Positions 55,560 to 64,000 of a DNA stretch of 64,000 bases are shown piece after piece. Under the pieces are notes generated by a model that saw only the letters and a program-made list of their open reading frames with translations, was not told the origin of the DNA and ran no database searches. The number at the start of each line of letters is the position of its first letter. Within the stretch, counting starts at the first letter, position 1. The DNA lies in NCBI RefSeq assembly GCF_009914755.1, contig NC_060937.1. The stretch is one strand, 5' to 3'. Source of the DNA: the human T2T-CHM13v2.0 reference genome, Homo sapiens. Both the position numbers and the translations under genes were made by a program.

Positions 55560-56050
55560 TGAATATTCAATATAAAAGTGGGTGAATTTCCCCAAGAAAA
55601 AAAGTAAAATTAAAGTCACATAAAAATATTCAACCCTTCCAATAATCAAAGAACAAAGGAAAACAAATTTATATATATGTATATATGTATATATATTTGC
55701 ATCTTAGATTACTAAATATTTAAATATCCCAAAAAATTTCATGTTGGTAAGCATTTGAGAAAATGAGCCTGAAGCTTTCTGAAGTAATGACAAAAATAAC
55801 AACTGGTTCAAAGATTTAAAGAACACTTTTGCCACACTAATCAAAATATAAACAGAGTAAATGAATGGCCAGCAACTTCTACATTCAAGAATTTATCCCA
55901 CTAAGATAAAGTCACAAAAAGTGTGAAAAAATAGTTAAAAAATGACCATTATCACAATGTTAAAAATATTGGGGAATTGTATAGAGCCTAAGTATTCATT
56001 GACACAGGATTCATTGAAGTATGGGATATCTAAATAGTGGTAATTAGAAA
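55560..56050 (+). mobile_element. Very old L1ME-like remnant
   Basis: 'aaaatattcaacc...aataatcaaaga', 'tgttggtaagcatttgagaaaatgagc', 'ccagcaacttctacattcaagaatttatcc'. Confidence 0.5.
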
Positions 56051-56357
56051 TGATTTTAGATTTTTAAAGGTGAAGGACATTTTCTGAAAGAATAAGGACA
56101 AACTAAGTAGAGCTCAAAATAGATGTCTCAAAAATTAATACTACAAATATGTACAAGACTAGATGGGGATAAAAATAAGTAAACTTACCGAATATTTACT
56201 GTGTCCGCTGCTTTCTTCTAACTTTTTTTTTTTTAATTTCCATGGTCATTCTAAGTGGGTACATTGCCAGAGACTCGTAATTACTAGTATCAAAACAAGA
56301 TTTCAAAAAGTTCTATCTGATTCCAAAGAACATGTTATTAGTACTGGGCCCTGGAGG

Positions 56358-56418
56358 GTTTTTTGTTTGTTTGTTTCTGCGTTTTTGTTTTGTTTTGTTT
56401 TTTGTTTTGTTTTGTTTT
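56358..56418 (+). repeat. (TTTG)n/(TTTTG)n tract
   Basis: Read directly. Confidence 0.85.
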
Positions 56419-57504
56419 CTGGGAGACTTTTTCTCTCCGTGACCTATGTGTTTTATGTATGAGGCTGATGGCACTATAGGAAAGACAATTTTATGCTATT
56501 TTCTACAAGATAAACTGCCTTTAAATGTCCCATTTCCTTTTGATTTTGGAGTCCAATCCATATGTAAGATAAAAATCTCTACTAAATTATAACTAACAAT
56601 CATCTGAATTAATACTGTAAGAAACACACAATGTATTCATTAAAATATAAATTCAGGACACTGCAAATGGAGACATATTTACCAGTATACACTATTCAAA
56701 TACTTTTCTATTATTTTAATCTCTATTTTCTACCTTTTCTGAAAATAGACATTTAGCATACTATAAAATATCTCTTCTTTCATGTGAATACTTTAGCTAG
56801 AGCTCTGTCAGTTTTCCTAAAGCGGCTGATCAAGAGCAACTCACACAGGTACTATTCATCCTCCATGCTTTCATTTTTTGGGACACGCTACATTGATAAT
56901 TACATTTATAAGAGGCCTGAAGAGAATAAGTGAGTTTTAGAATTAACAGTGAACTAAATAATGACAGTGAACTAATTTTGTTTTCTACTGGTATCATTAA
57001 TGTTCATATGCTGTAAGAACACATATATTCACAGGAACAAGCAAACATTTAAAATCCTTCACTATTTAAGTGAAAAATACACACAGAATTATTCTGGCTT
57101 CTGAAGTATTGAAAATGTCAGAATGGCTTTCACAGAAAATATTTCAAAAATAAGTTTATAATAAGAACATATAAAATCTGTTAGCACAGGGAAATGTGTC
57201 ATCCTGTACAGAAACTATTATTTTGATTTTTTAGCTATTTTTTGGTAAATATATTTATGATTCTTTGTTCTATTTGTGTCTAATAATGCCTAAGTATAGT
57301 TGACACCAAAAATAAAGTCCAGGTCATGAACTTTAGAATATAATGGGTCATTATTCCAGTAACAACTTTTTTTTTTAAATAAAAAACAAAAAGCAAAATT
57401 GCCAAATTCCAAGAAGTCCCCATCTTTTTACAACAAAAAGGATGTGAAAATAAGATGTGGAAAAGCTGTGACCCAAATGCACTCAGAAATCACCTATTGG
57501 TTGG

Positions 57505-57775
57505 GAATTTAATATACAGCATTGTGATTTCAGTTAATGTTTCTGTATTGCTCAGTTATAATTTGCTGAGAGATGGGTCTTAAGTATCCTTATCTCACAC
57601 ACACAAACACACACACACATGCAAATGTTAACTAATTGTAGTGATGGATATGTTAACTAATTTGATTCTGGTAATCATTCCACATTTGATATATGTATAT
57701 CAAAATATCATGTTGCACACCTTGAATGTATACTAATCTTATTTGTCTAGTATACTTCTATAAAGCTGGAAAAAA
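57505..57775 (+). mobile_element. L1MA-type 3' terminal fragment
   Basis: 'tacagcattgtga...agttaat', 'tttgctgagaga', 'gtgatggatatgttaactaatttgatt', and end 'taaagctggaaaaaa'. Confidence 0.8.
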
Positions 57776-57866
57776 TAAGTAACTTATTGTATACATATTT
57801 ATTGCATCCCTGTTATTAATATACAATATAGTAAGTAACTTATTGTATACACATTTATTGCATCCC
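57776..57866 (+). repeat. 35-bp direct repeat with a 21-bp spacer
   Basis: taagtaacttattgtatacaYatttattgcatccc at 57776-57810 and 57832-57866. Confidence 0.95.
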
Positions 57867-57936
57867 AATCTGCTGTTATATGTCAGTCACTGTGCTCACC
57901 TCTAGGGAAAGTGAAGAAAGAAAAAGGAGAAGAAGA

Positions 57937-58002
57937 AGAATCTTCCAGATGTGTTTCAGCCACTGCAGAGGAGAATCTTCCAGATGCGTTTCAGCCACTG
58001 CA
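57937..58002 (+). repeat. Tandem duplication, 35-bp period
   Basis: agaatcttccagatgYgtttcagccactgca at 57937-57967 and 57972-58002. Confidence 0.95.
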
Positions 58003-58455
58003 TTACAGGTTTGCATCTGTGATTTCATTAAATTGCCACAACTTTTCCAAGAAGCAATACTAGGATTACATATTTTTACTAAATTTTAATAGATGTAGCG
58101 ATAATAGGATTATATTTTTTAATAAATGTAAAGTCTTAGAACTCTACATTGGGTGTGGTGTTGGTGTCGGGTCAGAGTCTACAACTTACTTTACAAAAAT
58201 AACAAGTACATCAATGTGGCTGACTGAGCTTGTTCTAGGGGAGTATAGTGGAGAAGAAAAGTTACTCTTTCCAATCCCACTATTACAATTTGGATAGAAA
58301 AGTAAATCAGTATAGTTCCTTATCCTTCCCATCATAGCAGGGATGGTTAAAAGGCAGGGATAGAGTCTTAGTGGGTTGGGTGGGGAGTGAGATTTATCTG
58401 AAGGAGTCTTAAAAATATATGGCTCTTCTGTGTTCACGTTTCCATTGCTCATTGG

Positions 58456-59786
58456 CTGTGGTTCTCGAAGTGGGATTTCGGACCCTTAGAGGGTGCTCAC
58501 AAAGCTTTCAAAGGGTCCATAATAGTAAACAGTGTTCCTAAAAAACACAGGGCATGGTTAGGACGTCGTCATCCTTTTTCACTGTGGATATTTACGGGAT
58601 GGTACCACAGTAGAAGCCGAGGCCATAGCTCTGAGTGTGCTAACATCTATCGTGTCTTCACCACTTCACACTCCTGGGAAAAAATAAAACTTCAGATTCC
58701 CATGAGAATGAATGTCCTGAGGAAGTCACACAACTTAGTCATGTAATTAAATCTTGAGCCTTATTGGCATGTCTCCTTTTCTGAAAGAATGTCAGCCCCT
58801 ACAGCATGTGATGGTTTTCTTGAGGAGAAGCACCCATGCATTGTTGGAGCTGTGAGCTGAACTAGCTTCTTCCTTTTTAGGGAACACCACTTCTACTTGA
58901 AAGAACAACTGACAGAAATGAAGTTTCACCACATTTGGGCATTTGGCAGACTTCCTCAAAAATGAATGAAGTGAGCCAGTCACTTCGGGAAAACAACGGA
59001 CAGTAGCTATTGCCAGTAGCAAACTCAAGCTTTCAAGGATTAAGTAGAAATTTGGAAAACTTATCTATCAAGCAAAGTTTCACAGTTTCCGAATACTTGA
59101 ATGTGATATGTCTTATATTAGATAATAAATTATGCCAATGTTTGGAAGATTTATATGTCAGAAAATCAATATTCTCCAAATGACCAATGCATGATGCTAT
59201 AAAATCATTGGTGAGTAAAATATTTATTCGAAGTGCAAGATAGATTAGTGCCTTTTCATTAAAAAAGAGTACAAAAGTGTATTCATATCGTTTCAGATTA
59301 CACATCACAAGAAACTTTAAAAATCCATTTGTAAAGCTTTCGGGTCGTATGAAGAACAAAGGATATCCATAGTTATCTGCAAAGGCTTTTTCAACCATTA
59401 TCCATATCTCTGTGAGGCTTGCCATTTTTTTCATATACCTTAAACAAAACAATGAATTGTGATATATTGAATGAAAAAGCTGACATGAAAATAAAGCTTT
59501 ATTTTATTAGGTGAGTCATTAAAGAGATAGGCAAAAATATTAAGCAACGCCATTTCTTCTCACCTGCTTTTAGGTTGTGGAAAATATAGTTATTTTAATG
59601 AAACTAATATGTTATCACGTAATGCACATTGTGTTGTCATTTTAATAAACAAACAACTTAAAATTTTTTGGATGATTTAATTTCTAATATGGTAAATATT
59701 GATCAATATAACTACAAAATCAAAAGGTCTTTGGAATACCCAATAATTTTTTTAGAACATAAAGATCAACTAGTCTGAAAACTGCA
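58456..59786 (+). mobile_element. hAT-Charlie DNA transposon fossil (subfamily uncertain) with transposase remnants
   Basis: Left end 'ctgtggttctcgaagtg'. Remnants resemble LADxxxKMNEVSxSL (~58940-58990) and the hAT dimerisation motif YLCEA (~59405). Right subterminal 'taatttctaatatggtaaatattgat...aaaaggtctttgg'. Confidence 0.75.
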
Positions 59787-60771
59787 GCTCTGAAGCCGCC
59801 CTATAAAGCATGAGACAAGAATGTGCCTTTCTTTATTTGTATAATGGAAATATAAGTACGTTTTGTTTTAAAACATCATTTAAAAGGCATTAAGGAGAAA
59901 TAAATAAAAATTAAGATAAATGTACTCCCTTCCTCCCATTGTACAGTCAAAGCCTAACTTCCAGGAAACTCACAAGAAGCCAGATTTCCTTCGAGCACCT
60001 CCTGAATAAAGAGGCAAAGGCCTTCTTAACTCTTACAATTTACAAGTGGCTATGAGTGCTTTTATAGTTCCCATAATAATTTCTCCACGTAGACTTCCTA
60101 AATAATAATTTCTCCTGTTTTATATTCTCTGTGCTTATGTTTATATCAAACAAGTTACCACTTAATCAAATGCCGATTTGCATTGCTCACTATGTAACTT
60201 TAATTTTCTTTGCCTCTTATTTTTGGATCTTAATTCTAAAACTAGATGATCATAAATTCATTTAGGAATAAGCTTGTGATCTAGCCTTCTTTTGAACCCC
60301 TTTGTGCTCCTCACAATATTTGTTTCGATGAAACAGTGAGCAACATTTGATCTATGATTGTTAATAGAAAAACACCAATGTCTCAAGTTATTGTAAACAT
60401 AGGCATAATTGACCTTTGGTTCTATAAATATGTTTGGTGTTCCCCAAAATACGTCTCCCTTTTATGTAATATAACTATCATTCCATGTGTTTATAAACTG
60501 CCTAGACATCCTAAAGTTATTATTGCTAAATACCTATTTTATCTGAAAATGGATATTTTACTTAAAATGCTGGATTACTTTCAACTAAATAAATTTAATA
60601 ATTTATTCAGATTATAAATAAATATTTTAGGAAATCAGCCTTTTATTGTCTATTATAGAACCAGCACATAATTTACTGTTGCTTATATTCTTCAAGTATT
60701 TCTATGAAACATCTTAGAAATAAAAACTTGTGATTAAAAATAATTTTATTGTTAGCATGAAATAAACATGC

Positions 60772-61040
60772 TAATTTTCATGTCAGTATTTTAAATAATG
60801 TGTATTTTTCTGAAAAATTACTTTTGGTTACAGATAGTTAAATGTAAATAAACCTGGATTACATACCTATTCTGATATATATCTCTCTTAATAATGATGG
60901 GGGTGTGTGTGTGTGTGTGTGTGTGTGACATTAAACGATGTGTAAAAATAGGACAGAGATGTAAGGGAAACCTGGATGGCATTTTGATTGTGAAATTTGT
61001 TTTTCAAATTTCTTCTAGTTTGCCTTAGTACTAATTGGTC
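60772..61040 (+). repeat. Copy 1 of a diverged local direct duplication, contains a (GT)n run
   Basis: Shares tggttacagatagttaaat, ctctcttaataat, taaaaataggacagaga, gcattttgattgtgaaa and tttgccttagtactaattggtc with 63501-63748 in the same order. Confidence 0.93.
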
Positions 61041-61467
61041 ATAATAGTTATCACAGTAATAATATATATTGTCTGTCTGCTATATTATATATAATTCAGT
61101 TTTAAATAGTCCAGTATGTTCAGTTCTATACATTTATATGCAGTAAATCACGGTAGTCTATACCTTAAGTATGTATGTTAGTATTTAAAGTGGCCTCATT
61201 GGAATACTACAGTTGGAAGGTTATATCCCAGAAATTTGTTATTGTGTGTGCTTCGACTATCTTTATTTTGATCAATATGAGACGGCTTGACAGTTAGTAA
61301 AATGGATTTTAAAATGAATCATGGTGTTTAAGATACATGGGTTGACTAGAAATATCTTTTAGGGAACCCAAATCTTTCATCAACTATATAAAAGCTATGA
61401 CTCTACTGAGCACAAACTCTTACACCACTTAGAGTGGAAACTTGGCTTTGGGATTATTAAAGTCTTT

Positions 61468-61997
61468 ACTATTATTATTATTATTATACTTTAAGTTTTA
61501 GGGTACATGTGCACGACGTGCAGGTTTGTTACATATGTATACATGTGCCATGTTGGTGTGCTGCACCCATTAACTCGTCATTTAGCATTAGGTATATCTC
61601 CTAATGCTATCCCTCCCCCCTCCCCCCACCCCACAACAGGCCCTGGTGTGTGATGTTCCCCTTCCTGTGTCCATGTGTTCTCATTGTTCAATTCCCACCT
61701 ATGAGTGAGAACATGCAGTATTTGGTTTTTAGTCCTTGCGATAGTTTGCTGAGAATGATGGTTTCCAGCTTCATCTGTGTCCCTACAAAGGACATGAACT
61801 CATCATTTTTTATGGCTGCATAGTATTCCATGGTGTGTATGTGCCACATTTTCTTAATCCAGTCTATCATTGTTGGACATTTGGGTTGGTTCCAAGTGTT
61901 TACTATTGTGAACAGTGCTGCAATAAACATACATGTGCATGTGTCTTTATAGCAGCATGATTTATAATCCTTTGGGTATATACCCAGTAATGGGATT
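61468..61997 (-). mobile_element. Short L1PA3-type 3' fragment with an (ATT)n tail
   Basis: Reverse 3'UTR plus the ORF2 C-terminus (ORF 61688-62008(-), [20 protein letters not shown]...SLIGGN). Confidence 0.96.
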
Positions 61998-63500
61998 ATA
62001 TTAAGCAACTCAACAGAGAATCAAACTTACGTTAAAATGCTAGATAAATCCTGTTGCTAGAATACCATTGTCTCTTTTGAACGTCTCATACAAGGTACTT
62101 TGCTAAAATTTAATAGGCTTCCAACTGTCTTATAATGAAGGTGGGATAACAGTTTTCTTGCCTATGAGCTGCTAACAGTTGTATGGGTAGTAGATTCTTT
62201 CTGAAATTAGCCTCCGATATAACTTATTATCAGCTATAGATTTTATATGGTAAAAGACCCATAACCTCTCTGATAGGAGGCTATAGATATTTGCCAAAAA
62301 GAGTAATTACCGATGGACAAGTCAATTTAGGTCAGTTTGTAATAATATTCTATTTCTTCCAACATAGACTATAAGGCAGTTTATTTGAGCATATAAAAGA
62401 AAATGAAAAAGGTAAATAATGAAGCAAAGTCAGTATCTAAAAAATCACTGAGCAACAAAGGACAAAGAAAAAAGTCAAGAAAAGTAATAACATAAAATGC
62501 AGTATGTTAATTTGAAATGTCATATAGTTACAGTAATTCATACTGTATAGTGTTTTCCATAGGCTAATCACATGCATTTATTTAACTTCATTTCATTAGT
62601 AGACAATATTTTTATTTTAAAACCCCAGGAATTTTTTGGCATTTTCCATGAACACGTTGTTGCACTGGATGAGTAATCAAATCACAATTATATAACTATG
62701 CATTTATAAGTAGTCTTTATGCACATTATAATTTCCTCATATATTACTGTGAGGATGAGTTAATTCAGAAGTAAAATAGATAGGCTAAATCACCTATGGC
62801 TTTTTAAGTATTATTTGTAGAAATAACATCTAATTAACTCAATATTTAACCCCAAAAATGTTTTCCTTAGAAAGGTGGTGAATTGTTATTTAGGTAATTA
62901 TACATTTATCGTCTGTGAAATCAGTAATTAAATGGTAACTAAAATGTACTTACATGTTTACACACCATAAAATTACGGTATTTTTAACATACAGTAATTA
63001 ATTTATATTTAACATACACTTGTGTATGCTTGATTAAATGTCAATTAGGTACATATTTGTGAAAAATTAACCAGTACTAATTTATGAAAATATTAAGGTA
63101 AAGCTAACCATTTTTTCCTTTAAAAATTTTCTTTATGTTGGACTAAATGTCACTCTCAATTCATTTTTTGGTTACATTTCTCTGCATGATTTTTTTCTAT
63201 TAAAAACCATTGACTGTAACTCATTACATAATTCACAACGAATGTGCTTAACTTCAACCGGTGAAATAAAATGAAAAGAAAAACAAACATAAGGTTTCTA
63301 GTTAATATAGATTATTTTATGAGATGAAATAGTAAAGACATTATGCTTTTTTCTATTTCTTGTATCTGTCACTATATTTTTCCCCTCATTATTTTCTCTA
63401 TATTTTCTGACATCTTAATAATCAAGTTTGGCTCTATGGAAATTTTTCTTAAATGTATTTTGCACAAAGTTTAAGTAAAATGTAGTTTCATAAAAGTTCA

Positions 63501-63748
63501 TAATTATAATATCACTATTTTAATCATGTGTATTGTTCTTAAAAATTACTACTGGTTACAGATAGTTAAATATGAATAAGCCTGAATTATGTAAACTGTT
63601 CTTAATGAAATATAACTCTCTTAATAATAATGTGTGTGAGTGTATATGGCATTAAAAGACCCATAAAAATAGGACAGAGACATAAGGTAACCCTTGATAG
63701 CATTTTGATTGTGAAAGTACTTCTCATTTGCCTTAGTACTAATTGGTC
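63501..63748 (+). repeat. Copy 2 of the diverged local direct duplication
   Basis: Colinear exact blocks shared with 60772-61040. Confidence 0.93.
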
Positions 63749-64000
63749 TCTATCGAAGATTTTCCCATTACAAATTATATGCTTCTCCATGGCAGGTTAT
63801 AGCTATCAATTAATTATGACAATGACATTTTCATAGGAAGAACCCATTAGCCCACATGTTTAGAAAAGTTACACATTTCAAAATGGAGATCAGAATTCTA
63901 AGGGTTTTGAAACACAGGTGTAAACACACATGCACAACTCATATACTCATGTATATGCAACACACAGATACACACACGCTTTTGGATAACATAGCATCTT

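Noticed and set aside
57776-58002. ~35-bp repeats with spacers resembling a CRISPR array
   Set aside because: There are only two copies each of two unrelated units, in primate DNA, with no cas genes.
60752-60774. 8-bp inverted repeat ttagcatg-N7-catgctaa
   Set aside because: Stems of this length are expected several times by chance in 64 kb of AT-rich sequence.
61449-62006. 'tgggattat...ttaa' on both sides of the minus-strand L1 as a TSD
   Set aside because: The right-hand copy is largely L1 consensus sequence and the left copy is not adjacent to the tail, so it cannot be called a TSD.

Overview
AT-rich, CpG-depleted primate (human-like) genomic DNA with the character of a gene desert or a very large intron. 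I find no credible host protein-coding exon, RNA gene or CRISPR-like array. The longer ORFs with recognisable protein content are broken LINE-1 ORF1/ORF2 pieces or pogo/Tigger transposase fragments, and the rest are Alu read-throughs, low-complexity tracts or chance ORFs. The window holds five Alus, four young L1PA 3' fragments, several old L1M/L2/MIR remnants, MaLR and ERVL LTRs (MLT1, THE1, LTR33, LTR16, MER73/74-like) and DNA-transposon fossils (Tigger4, Tigger3, MER58, MER5, hAT-Charlie). Subfamily calls are from memory of consensus sequences, not from a search. The points most worth a second look are small and structural: a diverged ~250-bp non-repeat duplication 2.7 kb apart, two adjacent ~35-bp duplications with a templated-looking spacer, a perfect 13-bp hairpin, an L2+MIR block inside a colinear L1, a closely spaced inverted L1PA pair, a 5'-inverted old L1, and several repeat-free motif-dense stretches that may be enhancers. 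Nothing here demonstrates a new biological system.
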